Below the pieces are notes generated by a model that made no database searches, was not told where the DNA came from, and saw only the letters and a program-made list of their open reading frames with translations. From an uncultured Actinomycetota bacterium (lineage in GTDB: Bacteria > Actinomycetota > Actinomycetes > S36-B12 > UBA10799), in contig CAVTCZ010000009.1 in assembly GCA_963733395.1 (NCBI GenBank), positions 166,245 through 230,244 on the forward strand: a stretch of 64,000 nt of DNA. Direction: 5' to 3'. The position numbers and the translations under genes are program-made. Of this stretch, positions 44,782 through 54,292 are shown piece by piece (position 1 is the first letter of the stretch; each line of letters opens with the position of its first letter).

Positions 44782-46128
44782 TCACCGGCGGTCGTCGAGT
44801 CGCTGGGCCACTTCGAAGGCCAACTCCAGGCTCTGCACCCGGTTGAGCCGCGGATCGCACGCGGTCTCGTAGCGGTAGGGCAGGTCCTGTTCCTGCGGTC
44901 CGTCGATCCCGCCGAGGCACTCGGTCACGTCGTCGCCGGTGAGTTCGATGTGCAGCCCGCCGGGGTGGGTGCCCAAGGACCGGTGCACTTCGAAGAACCC
45001 GTGCACCTCGGCCGTGACGTCCTCGAACTGCCGGGTCTTGACGCCGCCGGCGGTTTCCCGGGTGTTCCCGTGCATGGGGTCGCAGACCCAGACCACCGGA
45101 TGGCCGTTGGCCTCGACCTTCTCGACGATGGCCGGCAGCACATCCCGCACCTTGCCCGCGCCCATGCGCGTGATGAAGGTCAACCGTCCGGGCACCCGGT
45201 CCGGGTTCAGCCGCTCGGCCAACGCCAGGGCATCCTCCGGCGAGGTGGTCGGGCCGAGTTTCACCCCGACGGGGTTGTGGATCAACGACGCGAAATGGAC
45301 GTGCGCGGAATCGAGGTCGCGGGTGCGCTCGCCCACCCAGAGGAAGTGCCCGGACACCGAGTAGGGGTTGGCCGTACGCGAGTCGATGCGCACCAGGGGA
45401 CGTTCATAGTCGAGCACCAGTGCCTCATGGCTGGCGTAGAAGTCGACCCGTCGGAACTCCTCCGGATCGGCGCCACAGGCCCGCATGAAGGCCAGTGCGT
45501 TGTCGATCTCCCGGGCCAACCGCTCGTAGCGGATGCCGGCTTGGGACTCCCGCACGAAGTCCTGGTTCCAGGCGTGCACCTGATGCAGGTCTGCGTAACC
45601 GCCCTGAGTGAAGGCCCGCACCAGGTTCAGCGCTGCGCTGGAGGCGTGGTAGGCACTCAACAACCGTTGCGGATCCAGTTGCCGGGCGGCCTCGGCGAAT
45701 CGCTGCTGGTTGACACCGTCCCCGAAGTAGGACGGGAGCGTGACCCCGTCGCGGGTCTCCGAAGGCTGCGAGCGCGGCTTGAAGTACTGCCCGGCCATCC
45801 GGCCGATCTTCACCACCGGCATCCGGGAGCCGTACGTGAGCACCACTGCCATCTGCAACACGGTCTTCAGCCGGGCCCGGATCGAGTCCGCGGTGTTGGC
45901 CGCGAACGTCTCGGCGCAATCGCCGCCCATCAGGACGAACGCCTCACCACGGGCAGCCTGACCGAGCTGGGACATCAACTGGTCGCACTCCCCGGCGAAC
46001 ACCAGCGGCGGCACCTTCGCCAGTTCCGCGGTGACCTCGGCCAGCCGGTCAGCGTCGGGCCACAGCGGCTGCTGCGCGGCCGGCAGATCGGGCCAGGCAA
46101 TCACGTCGCGGGAGGGTAGATCGGACAC
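44782..46128 (-). CDS. aroG: Class II 3-deoxy-D-arabino-heptulosonate-7-phosphate synthase
   Basis: 448-aa ORF with the plant-like/class II pattern: LVFAGECD...GGDCAETF...KIGRMAGQYFKPRS...CDPMHGNT. Confidence 0.92.
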   Translation of the reverse strand: MSDLPSRDVIAWPDLPAAQQPLWPDADRLAEVTAELAKVPPLVFAGECDQLMSQLGQAARGEAFVLMGGDCAETFAANTADSIRARLKTVLQMAVVLTYGSRMPVVKIGRMAGQYFKPRSQPSETRDGVTLPSYFGDGVNQQRFAEAARQLDPQRLLSAYHASSAALNLVRAFTQGGYADLHQVHAWNQDFVRESQAGIRYERLAREIDNALAFMRACGADPEEFRRVDFYASHEALVLDYERPLVRIDSRTANPYSVSGHFLWVGERTRDLDSAHVHFASLIHNPVGVKLGPTTSPEDALALAERLNPDRVPGRLTFITRMGAGKVRDVLPAIVEKVEANGHPVVWVCDPMHGNTRETAGGVKTRQFEDVTAEVHGFFEVHRSLGTHPGGLHIELTGDDVTECLGGIDGPQEQDLPYRYETACDPRLNRVQSLELAFEVAQRLDDRR

Positions 46129-46183
46129 GACTGAAGGGTAACTTACGCCCCACGTCGAGCCGATCGGCAGCAGCGCACGCGGC

Positions 46184-46924
46184 TCAGGAGGCCTGGGCGG
46201 CGGCCGCTGCCTGCACGGACTCGCCGTCCGCGATGACCTCTTTGGCCCGTGAGGCGTACAGGTCGACGTACTCCTGACCGGACAACTCCATGAGTTCGTA
46301 CATGATCTCGTCGGTCATCGAGCGCAGCACGAAGCGGTCGTTCTCCATGCCGTCGTAGCGGGAGAAGTCCAACGGTTTGCCGATCTTGATCCCCACCCGC
46401 CGGATGTTGGGCATCTTCTGACCGGCCGGCTGGATCTCACGGGTGCCGATCATGGCCACGGGAATGACGGGCACACCCGCCTCGAGCGCCATCCGCGCGA
46501 CCCCGGTCTTCCCACGGTAGAGCCGCCCGTCCGGAGACCGTGTGCCTTCCGGGTAGATGCCGAGCAACTCGTTGTCCGCCAGCACCCGCAGGGCCGTGTT
46601 CAGGGCCGCGTCACCCCCACCGGAGCGGTCGATGGGGACCTGCCCCACGCCCTTCATGAACGCCTTCGTCAGCCACCCCTTGATGCCCTTGCCCGTGAAG
46701 TACTCGGCTTTGGCCAGGAACGTGATGTGGCGTTTGCACACCAGTGGCAGGAAGATCGAGTCGGAGAAACTCAGGTGATTGCTGGCAAGGATCGCCGGCC
46801 CGTCATCGGGGATGTTCTCCAAGCCCTCGACCTGCGGACGGAAAAGCAGGCGCAGCCAGGGTCCAAGAAGGATGTACTTGAACACCCAATACAACACCGG
46901 CAGCCTCCCGAAGACCTGTCTCAC
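46184..46924 (-). CDS. 1-acyl-sn-glycerol-3-phosphate acyltransferase
   Basis: Contains SNHLSFSDS (NHxxxxD) and IYPEGTRS motifs. Start trimmed to GTG 46922-46924. Confidence 0.85.
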   Translation of the reverse strand: MRQVFGRLPVLYWVFKYILLGPWLRLLFRPQVEGLENIPDDGPAILASNHLSFSDSIFLPLVCKRHITFLAKAEYFTGKGIKGWLTKAFMKGVGQVPIDRSGGGDAALNTALRVLADNELLGIYPEGTRSPDGRLYRGKTGVARMALEAGVPVIPVAMIGTREIQPAGQKMPNIRRVGIKIGKPLDFSRYDGMENDRFVLRSMTDEIMYELMELSGQEYVDLYASRAKEVIADGESVQAAAAAQAS

Positions 46925-47103
46925 ACACGACCCTAAGGGTCGCACTGACCCTTGGGCAATGGAACCACCCAAGCGTGGGGCGAATGGACCATTCCGTGAC
47001 CTTCTGGTGGACGTTCGCGCCGGGGGCGTGTAGTGGTCGTGAGAGCATCGGAGGCGACTGCCGGCTTCCACGACAGCGGGCCGGCCCCCGAGGAGACCTG
47101 CCA

Positions 47104-47856
47104 GTGCCCTTGATCCCAGGTGCCGAACCCTTCACGGCCGAAGGCGACCGCCTCGGCATCTTGGTGCTGCACGGGTTCACCGGTTCTCCCGCCTCAGTCA
47201 CCCCCTGGGCCCGCCGGATGGCCGCCGCCGGTCACACCGTGGCAGCGCCTTTGCTGCCCGGCCACGGCACCCGCTGGCAGGACCTCAACGCGACCACCTG
47301 GCAGGACTGGGTGTCCGAGGCGCAGCAGAGCCTGCAGTGGGTCTGGGAGCGCACCGACACGGTCGTGGTCATGGGACTGTCGCTCGGCGCCACCGTTGCG
47401 CTGCGCCTGGCGCAGACACATGGCGAGCAGGTGCAGGGCATCGTGGCGGTCAACCCCATCGTCCATTCGGAACGCCGGGGCCGCCAGGCACTGCCGTTCC
47501 TCTACCGGTTCGTGCCGGCGGTGCCGGTGAACAACGATGACATCAAGAAGCCGGGCGTCCACGAAGGCGGGTACGACCGGCTGCCGCTGCGGGCCGCGCA
47601 CTCGATGACCCAACTGTGGGCGGTCGTCAAATCCGACATCCACAAGGTCAACCAACCGGTGCTGGTCTTCCGCAGTGCCGATGACCACGTGGTGGAGCCT
47701 TCGAACAGCGCCTGGATCCTGGCCAACGTGGCCAGCGACGAGACCGAGGAGATCGTTCTGCACGACTCGTACCACGTGGCCACGCTCGACAACGACGCTG
47801 AGACGATCTTCACGCAGAGCCTGGCCTTCGCCCACCACGTGGCGGTGGCAGCGTGA
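47104..47856 (+). CDS. Alpha/beta hydrolase (carboxylesterase / lysophospholipase-like)
   Basis: GTG 47104 follows GAGGAGA. Contains LVLHGFTGSP and the GLSLGA nucleophile elbow. Confidence 0.75.
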   Translation: MPLIPGAEPFTAEGDRLGILVLHGFTGSPASVTPWARRMAAAGHTVAAPLLPGHGTRWQDLNATTWQDWVSEAQQSLQWVWERTDTVVVMGLSLGATVALRLAQTHGEQVQGIVAVNPIVHSERRGRQALPFLYRFVPAVPVNNDDIKKPGVHEGGYDRLPLRAAHSMTQLWAVVKSDIHKVNQPVLVFRSADDHVVEPSNSAWILANVASDETEEIVLHDSYHVATLDNDAETIFTQSLAFAHHVAVAA

Positions 47857-48233
47857 CCGAGCCCGGGGACAAGGTGCCTTACGACGAGAGTGCCTGGGAG
47901 CGCATCGTCGCCGATCTCGGCGAGGAGATGCCCTCACTGCCGCAGCAGCCGGCACAGCCGCCACCACCACAGCCACCGGTCGAGGAGCCCGAGGAGCAGT
48001 TCGTGCCGCCCGAGCCGCCGCCGCTGCCCCGGCTCGACCTGGTCGGCCGACTGGCGTGGATCGGCACACTGGGCGGGCCACTGCTGCTCTTCGGCGGCGT
48101 GCTGGCCCCCGGAGTCGTGGGACCGACGGTCGTCACGCTGGGCGTACTGGCATTCGTGGCCGGATTCCTGACCCTGGTCCTGCGCTCCCCCAACGAGCCC
48201 GAGGACGGTTGGGACGACGGGTCCGCGGTGTGA
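47853..48233 (+). CDS. Hypothetical Pro-rich membrane protein
   Basis: GTGA overlap with the upstream hydrolase. Acidic/Pro-rich N-terminus followed by two TM helices. Confidence 0.5.
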   Translation: MTEPGDKVPYDESAWERIVADLGEEMPSLPQQPAQPPPPQPPVEEPEEQFVPPEPPPLPRLDLVGRLAWIGTLGGPLLLFGGVLAPGVVGPTVVTLGVLAFVAGFLTLVLRSPNEPEDGWDDGSAV

Positions 48234-48291
48234 GCCAGTGGCCGGAGCGTGATCGCGCTGCCCACCCCCAGCCCGTGGCAGGATTGCCCGC

Positions 48292-49512
48292 ATGACCATC
48301 ACTGAAGTCGTTCAGATGCAAGGCCACCTCATCGACTCCGGACTGCTCAGCAGGGCGCTCGACGACATCCTCGAGGCGGGTGCCGACTACGAGATCCAGG
48401 ACTTGGTGTTCGGCAAGACCAAGAACGACGAATCGACCGCACGAATCGTCATCAGCCATTCCGACGACACGGTCATGAACGATCTGCTCGTTCGCTTGCA
48501 GAACCACGGCGCGAACCCGGTGGAGACCAGCGACGCGGAGATGATCCCGGCGCCGATGCCCGGGGTGTTCCCCGAGGGATTCCACTCCAGCACGAACTTC
48601 GAGACCTACGTGCGCATCGACGGCGAATGGATCCCCGTCCAGAACCCGGAGATGGACTGCGGGCTGGTGGTGCGCGACGGGGGCGTGACCACCGTGCCGA
48701 TGTCCGACGTCGAAGCGGGCGAGCCGGTGGTCATCGGGTTCCTCGGCGTCAAGGTCGTCGTTCCGCCCCCGCCCCGGCCGTCGTCGGAGTCCGTGTTCGA
48801 GTTCATGAACTCGGTCGTGTCCAGCGAGAAGCCGCAAGCGTTGCAGGTCCGCCAGATCGCCGATCAGATGCGCGAATGCAAGGCCGCAGGCAAGCGGATC
48901 CTGTGGGTCGGCGGGCCGGCCATCGTCCACACCGGTGGCTCTCCGGCGCTGTCCAAACTCGTGGCGGCAGGGTACGTGGACGTGTTGTTCGCCGGCAACG
49001 CGCTGGCCGTGCACGACATCGAATCCAACATGTACGGAACCTCCCTGGGAATCGACCTCAGCAAGGGATCCGGGGTCGACCACGGCCACGAGAACCACAT
49101 CCGGGCGATCAACCGCGTGCGTTCCTACGGCAGTATCGCCGGCGCGGTCGAGGCCGGCGCGATCACCGACGGGCTGATGTGCTCGATGGTCAAAGCCGGC
49201 AAGCCGTTCGTCCTGGTCGGCTCGGTGCGCGATGACGGCCCACTGCCCGACGTCTACACCGATGTCATCGAGGGGCAGCGGGCGATGCGCGCCGAACTGC
49301 AGGACGTCGGCTTCGCGATCATGGTGGCGACGATGCTGCACGCGATCGCCACCGGGAACATCCTGCCCGCGTCGATCCCGCTGGTCTGCGTGGACATCAA
49401 CCCCTCGACGGTCACCAAGCTCGCCGACCGCGGCAGCGCCCAGGCGCAGGGGGTCGTGACGGACATCGGCCTGTTCCTCGAGCAACTCGCCCAAGAGCTC
49501 GTGGGGGTCTAG
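48292..49512 (+). CDS. TIGR00300-type protein (LOR/SDH conserved-domain family)
   Basis: 406-aa ORF. MQGHLIDSGLLSRALDDILEAGADYEI...WVGGPAIVHTGG...FAGNALAVHDIE... The family is recalled from similar annotations and was not searched. Confidence 0.5.
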   Translation: MTITEVVQMQGHLIDSGLLSRALDDILEAGADYEIQDLVFGKTKNDESTARIVISHSDDTVMNDLLVRLQNHGANPVETSDAEMIPAPMPGVFPEGFHSSTNFETYVRIDGEWIPVQNPEMDCGLVVRDGGVTTVPMSDVEAGEPVVIGFLGVKVVVPPPPRPSSESVFEFMNSVVSSEKPQALQVRQIADQMRECKAAGKRILWVGGPAIVHTGGSPALSKLVAAGYVDVLFAGNALAVHDIESNMYGTSLGIDLSKGSGVDHGHENHIRAINRVRSYGSIAGAVEAGAITDGLMCSMVKAGKPFVLVGSVRDDGPLPDVYTDVIEGQRAMRAELQDVGFAIMVATMLHAIATGNILPASIPLVCVDINPSTVTKLADRGSAQAQGVVTDIGLFLEQLAQELVGV

Positions 49513-49542
49513 CTCCGCGCGCGGCATCCGGCCACATCCGTC

Positions 49543-49603
49543 GGGGGTTCTGCGACGTTGTTGCCCTTCGGGCTCAGCGTGTCGGGGTAACAACGTCTCA
49601 GAA
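49543..49603. repeat. Family-B hairpin repeat, copy B2
   Basis: GGGGGTTCTGCGACGTTGTTGCCC...GGGGTAACAACGTCTCAGAAC, 31 nt after the stop of the upstream gene. Related to B1 (38354..38416). Confidence 0.75.
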
Positions 49604-49704
49604 CTCACGGCCGTGGGCCGCCGATGGCTGCGCGGGGCGGCGGCCGAACCTGGCCCTCGACGAGACCCGGTGGCGTGCGTCACGGTTGCCTTGACCGAGC
49701 TCCT

Positions 49705-49883
49705 GCCCGCGGGCGGTCTTTGTGACGATGTTGCGCGCCTGTCCGGCTGGTTTGTCACGAAGGTGCGGGGTCGAACCGCCCGGCAGCCCGCAACGTCGTG
49801 ACAAACCGCCCTGCGGACCCCGCAACATCGTCACAAACCGCCCTGCCGGCCCGAGGAGTCCGCCACCGACCCCGGCCGGCGGG
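49705..49883 (+). repeat. Family-A intergenic repeat, copy A2
   Basis: About a dozen differences from A1 over ~177 nt in my hand alignment. It abuts the glucokinase stop codon (49887). Confidence 0.85.
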
Positions 49884-49886
49884 TAC

Positions 49887-50837
49887 CTAACGGAACCGCG
49901 CCAGGTCCGCGGCCCCGACCAGTCCCGCGGAGTTCCCCAGCTTCGCGATGACGACTTTGGGCAACTGCCGGTGCTCCCGGCCGGACACGGACTCGGTGAA
50001 CGCACGGACCGTCGAGGCCAGCAGCACGTCGCCGGCCTCACTGACACCCCCACCGATGACGAAGCATTCGGGGTCCAGGATCGCCGCAACATCGGCCATG
50101 CCCTGGCCGAGCCAGCGGGAGACGAAGTCGAACGCGGCCAGCGCGACCGGGTCGCCCTCCCGGGCGGCCTTGGTGATGTGCACGCCCTGCACACCCTCCG
50201 GGGTGCCGTCGCCGAGGTCCAGCAAGGTCTCGGCCTCACCGCGGCGTTCGGATGCCAGGTAGCGGGCCTCCCGGACCAGGGCGTTGCCGCTGGCGTACTG
50301 CTCCCAGCAACCCCGGTTCCCGCAACCGCACGGGCGCCCGCCGGGATCCACGTTCAAGTGGCCGAACTCGGCGGCCGCCCCCCAGCGCCCGCGGTACAGG
50401 GTCCCTTCGAGCACGATGCCCGCCCCGATGCCGGTGCCGACGGTGATCGTCACCACGTAGTCGCGATCCTTGCCCGCCCCGAACCGGGACTCCCCCCACG
50501 CCGCCGCGTTCGCGTCGTTCTCGACCACCACGGGCAGGCCCACGACGGACTCCACAGCCATCCGCAACGGCTCGTCCTTCCAGCCCAGGTTCGGCGCGAA
50601 GTTGACCCGGGAACGCTTCTCGTCGACGAAACCCGCCGCTCCGATCCCCACGGCTTCGATGTCGTATTCCTCGCGCAGTTGCAGAATCAGGTCCGCGACC
50701 GTCTGCTCCACCTTCTCGGCGTCGCGCCCACCGGTGGCCACGCGCTGCCGGGCGAGGATCCGACCGCCCTCGTCCACGACCCCCGCGGCGATCTTGGTAC
50801 CCCCGATGTCGATACCCACTGTCAGGCCCATGGCCAA
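49887..50837 (-). CDS. glk: ROK-family glucokinase
   Basis: 316-aa ORF with GIDIGGTKIAAGVV and the ROK zinc motif CGCGNRGCWEQYASG. Confidence 0.88.
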   Translation of the reverse strand: MAMGLTVGIDIGGTKIAAGVVDEGGRILARQRVATGGRDAEKVEQTVADLILQLREEYDIEAVGIGAAGFVDEKRSRVNFAPNLGWKDEPLRMAVESVVGLPVVVENDANAAAWGESRFGAGKDRDYVVTITVGTGIGAGIVLEGTLYRGRWGAAAEFGHLNVDPGGRPCGCGNRGCWEQYASGNALVREARYLASERRGEAETLLDLGDGTPEGVQGVHITKAAREGDPVALAAFDFVSRWLGQGMADVAAILDPECFVIGGGVSEAGDVLLASTVRAFTESVSGREHRQLPKVVIAKLGNSAGLVGAADLARFR

Positions 50838-51334
50838 ACGCTAGGCGATCCGGTCAGTCCTTTGCCTGTCCGTGGCCGGTCTCCGGGCCGAGCAGTCCTG
50901 CGACCAACGCGTTGACTCTGGGACAGCGCGGCGCGTGCCGTCTGCGCCCACTCGGGGTTGGTCCGCTCCAACGCGTCGAGACCCTGGCAGATCGGGCAAT
51001 CCGAGCAGCGGACGACCTGTGGCGGCGGTTCCGGAGCGGCTTCGGACTCCGGCTGCCCGCCACCTTGCGCCAGATAGGCAGAAGCCGTGGCCGCCGCGTT
51101 CTGCGCGAGTTCGCCGGCGGCTGCCACCGCCCCGGAGTCCACGGCCCAGTCCCGCAGCGCACCTGCCAGTCGGAGACCCTCGACCATGACCGAGTCCACC
51201 GGCGGGGCGGTCGGCGCGGAGTGCCACCAGGGCGGCTGGTTGCCGTGCTCGTCGCGCGGTGGGCGCAGCGACGGTTCCTCTGGGTCGACGTCCTCGGGCT
51301 CGTCGGGCACGCCGTCCTCGGGTTCGTCGCTCAT
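50822..51334 (-). CDS. Hypothetical acidic/Pro-rich protein with CxxCxxC motif
   Basis: 170-aa ORF with ATGA-type overlap with the upstream SRPBCC gene. Contains CSDCPICQGLDALERTNPEW. Confidence 0.5.
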   Translation of the reverse strand: MSDEPEDGVPDEPEDVDPEEPSLRPPRDEHGNQPPWWHSAPTAPPVDSVMVEGLRLAGALRDWAVDSGAVAAAGELAQNAAATASAYLAQGGGQPESEAAPEPPPQVVRCSDCPICQGLDALERTNPEWAQTARAALSQSQRVGRRTARPGDRPRTGKGLTGSPSVWPWA

Positions 51335-51762
51335 GCCTCTACTCGCTTCTTCAGGCCCTTGAGGGCCGTGTCGACGATCGCCTTCTCGGCCTTTCGCTTG
51401 ATCGTGCCGATGATCGGGATGGTGAGATCGACCAGCAGTCGATAGGTGACCTCACTGCTGCCGTCGCCGCGATCCCGCACCGTGTACGTGCCGTCCAGGT
51501 CGCGCAGGACGCTCGACTGCGTGAGTTGCCAGTTGACTTCGGTGTCGCCGTGCCACTGGTAGCGGATCGTGTACGTGTCCTTGATCGGCCCGCTGTCGAT
51601 GGTCATCTCCACCTCCCGCGGACGCCCGTCCGGGAAGGTGGCCAGAATCCTGGTCTGCTTGACCTCGGACCACTCGGGATACGTGCCGAGGTCGGCGATC
51701 ACCGCCATCACCCGTTCGGCGGGCGCGTCGATGATGATGCTCGACTCGGTCTGTTGCGCCAC
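51331..51762 (-). CDS. SRPBCC (polyketide cyclase/dehydrase-like) protein, TB16.3/Rv2185c-like
   Basis: GTG 51760-51762 follows GGGAGG. (V)AQQTESSIIIDAPAERVMAVIADLGTYPEWSE... Confidence 0.7.
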   Translation of the reverse strand: MAQQTESSIIIDAPAERVMAVIADLGTYPEWSEVKQTRILATFPDGRPREVEMTIDSGPIKDTYTIRYQWHGDTEVNWQLTQSSVLRDLDGTYTVRDRGDGSSEVTYRLLVDLTIPIIGTIKRKAEKAIVDTALKGLKKRVEA

Positions 51763-51806
51763 GGCCTCCCGCCCTTCTCGCCCGGATGCGTGCTGCGGAT
51801 CCCACC

Positions 51807-52262
51807 CTACTGCGACTGCGAGTGGGCCCCGTCCGATGCCGCCCACGGCGCGGGGACCCCCGCCGGGCGATCACCCTCGAGTTGGGCCTTGAGGGCCCAC
51901 ACGCTGCGCTTCCAGGACTTCGCCCGGCGGGCCCGCTCGCGGGCGGCGCGGCGCCATCCGCCGGGAGTGTCCGGCCAGGGTGCGGCGGTCCGCCCGTCCT
52001 CGGATGGCTCCCCGCGCAGGTAGTGGTGCAGGATGCAGCCGTCAGCATGCGGCTCGATCCAGATCTCCAGCGATCCCACGAGCGCGCCGGTGATCGACCA
52101 CCTCTGTCCGAGGAGACCCCGGTCCATGAACACGACCGGGTGCAGATCGGGCCACCACTGCCGCCAAGAGGCAGGGTCGGCCACGATCGCCGCCAGGACG
52201 TCCGGCGGCAACGACGATGAACGTCTCGTCGACGAGGTCCACTCCAGCCACAGCACGATCAT
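51807..52262 (-). CDS. Hypothetical SRPBCC-like protein (Rv2186c position)
   Basis: MIVLWLEWTSS...DPASWRQWWPDL..., 151 aa from ATG 52262. Confidence 0.45.
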   Translation of the reverse strand: MIVLWLEWTSSTRRSSSLPPDVLAAIVADPASWRQWWPDLHPVVFMDRGLLGQRWSITGALVGSLEIWIEPHADGCILHHYLRGEPSEDGRTAAPWPDTPGGWRRAARERARRAKSWKRSVWALKAQLEGDRPAGVPAPWAASDGAHSQSQ

Positions 52263-52389
52263 GCCCGACCCCGCGCGCGCCTTCCGGAGATCCCCTACCG
52301 CATTCGCCAGAATTAGGGAACAATACGTCGACAACCTACGACGAACCTTTCCGGTAATCCGGATAACCAATCACTGCAGGAGCAAACCC

Positions 52390-54177
52390 ATGAAGGAAGT
52401 TTCCGAAGCCCCTCTGATCCCGCCCATCACCTCCGGGAGCCTGACGGATTGTCTGGTGAACCACGCCGCCAAAACGCCCAACCGCGTCGCGCTGCGCCGG
52501 AACACCGATGCCGGATGGCAGGACGTCACTTCGGCGGACTACCTGGCCGAGGTCAAGGCACTGGCCAAGGGCCTCTACGCCGCCGGCATCCAGCACGGTG
52601 ACCGGATCGCCATCATGTCCGCGACCAGGTACGAGTGGACGCTGGCCGACTACGCCGGCTGGTTCGTGGGCGCCACGATGGTCCCGATCTACGAGACCTC
52701 GTCGGCCGAACAGGTCGAGTGGATCCTGGGCAACGGCGACTGTGTGGCGGCTTTCCTGGAGGGCCCGAAGCACCTCGCGACATACGAAGAGGTGGCCGAC
52801 CGGGTTCCCACCAAGCACGTATGGGTCTTCGATGACGGCGCCATCGACGACCTGGTGGCTGCGGGAGCGGACGTCACCGACGAGGAGTTGGAGGCGCGCC
52901 GCGCGGCCGTGGGTCCCGATGACATCGCGACCCTCATCTACACCTCGGGCACGACCGGGCGTCCCAAGGGCTGCGTGCTGACCCACTCGAACATGCGCTT
53001 CGAGGTCGACAACATCACCCAGAGCATGCCGGACCTGTTCGAAGCCCACGGCTCGACCTTGCTGTTCCTCCCCGCGGCGCACGTCTTCGGCCGGGTCGTC
53101 CAGATCGGCTGCCTCGAGTCGGGCACGATCCTCGGACACACCTCCGACGTGAAGAACATCGTGGCCAACCTGGCGGAGTTCAAGCCGAACTTCCTGCTGT
53201 CTGTGCCCCGGGTCTTCGAGAAGGTCTTCAACTCGGCGCAGATGAAGGCCACCGCCGACGGCAAGGGCCGCATCTTCGACATGGCCGCAAGCACTGCGAT
53301 CGACTACTCGAGGGCCCAGGAAACCGGTGGCCCGGGACTCTTCCTGCGCCTGAAGCACGCGGTGTTCGACAAATTGGTCTACAGCAAGCTTCGTGCGGCA
53401 CTCGGCGGCGAAGTGGAGTACGCGGTCTCCGCCGGCGCTCCGCTGGGGGCCCGGCTCGGGCACTTCTTCCGCGGGATCGGGATCACGATCCTCGAGGGCT
53501 ACGGTCTGACCGAGACCTCCGGGGCGAGCACCATCAACCGCCCGGATGCAATCCGCGTCGGCACTGTCGGACGGCCCATGCCCGGAGCCGCGGCGCGGAT
53601 CGCCGACGACGGCGAGATCCTGCTCAAGGGCGGGCAGATCTTCCAGGGCTACTGGAAGAACGAGAAGGCAACCGACGAGGTGCTGGAGAAGGACGGCTGG
53701 TTCCACAGCGGCGACATCGGGGAGATCGACGCCGAGGGCTTCCTGAAGATCACCGGCCGCAAGAAGGAACTGATCGTGACCGCCGGCGGCAAGAACGTGG
53801 CCCCGGCGGTGCTCGAGGACCGCATCCGTGCCAACTGGCTGGTCAGCCAGTGCATGGTGGTGGGTGACAACAAGCCCTTCATCGCCGCGTTGGTCACCCT
53901 GGATGTGGAGGCCCTGCCGGCCTGGCTCGAGCAGCACGACCGGCCCGCCGACACGCCGCTGGCGGACCTGGCCGAGGACCCGCAGATCATCTCCGAGGTG
54001 CAGGCCGCCATCGACGAGGCCAACAAGGCCGTCAGCAACGCCGAGGCGATCAAGAAGTTCGAGATCCTCAAGGTCGACTGGACCGAGGAGGGTGGTCAGT
54101 TGACCCCGTCGATGAAGCTCAAGCGCAACGTCGTGATGGGTGAGTTCGGCGATCAGGTCGAGGCGCTGTACAGCTGA
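52390..54177 (+). CDS. fadD15: Long-chain fatty-acid--CoA ligase (FadD15-like)
   Basis: ATG 52390. Contains the AMP-binding motif LIYTSGTTGRPKGC, YGLTETSG and GWFHSGDIGE. Confidence 0.85.
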   Translation: MKEVSEAPLIPPITSGSLTDCLVNHAAKTPNRVALRRNTDAGWQDVTSADYLAEVKALAKGLYAAGIQHGDRIAIMSATRYEWTLADYAGWFVGATMVPIYETSSAEQVEWILGNGDCVAAFLEGPKHLATYEEVADRVPTKHVWVFDDGAIDDLVAAGADVTDEELEARRAAVGPDDIATLIYTSGTTGRPKGCVLTHSNMRFEVDNITQSMPDLFEAHGSTLLFLPAAHVFGRVVQIGCLESGTILGHTSDVKNIVANLAEFKPNFLLSVPRVFEKVFNSAQMKATADGKGRIFDMAASTAIDYSRAQETGGPGLFLRLKHAVFDKLVYSKLRAALGGEVEYAVSAGAPLGARLGHFFRGIGITILEGYGLTETSGASTINRPDAIRVGTVGRPMPGAAARIADDGEILLKGGQIFQGYWKNEKATDEVLEKDGWFHSGDIGEIDAEGFLKITGRKKELIVTAGGKNVAPAVLEDRIRANWLVSQCMVVGDNKPFIAALVTLDVEALPAWLEQHDRPADTPLADLAEDPQIISEVQAAIDEANKAVSNAEAIKKFEILKVDWTEEGGQLTPSMKLKRNVVMGEFGDQVEALYS

Positions 54178-54186
54178 CCCAGCGAA

Positions 54187-54228
54187 CCGGACGCCCGCTG
54201 CCCGCGCGGCGGGCGTCCGGTCGTTTCC
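54187..54228 (+). terminator. Intrinsic terminator-like hairpin after the fadD15-like gene
   Basis: CCGGACGCCCGC (54187-54198) pairs perfectly with GCGGGCGTCCGG (54209-54220). A 10-nt loop separates the arms and TCGTTTCC follows. Confidence 0.6.
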
Positions 54229-54292
54229 GGACCGCGTCGGGGCCCGACACTGGCGCAAAGTCCACCGAGAGGGCGGCAAACGTGGTGGAATC

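Noticed and set aside
52263-52389. TCCGG-N4-CCGGA palindrome (ttccggtaatccggataa) upstream of the fadD15-like gene as a TetR/FadR operator.
   Set aside because: It is a 5-bp-arm palindrome of low information content, and there is no adjacent regulator gene to support the call.
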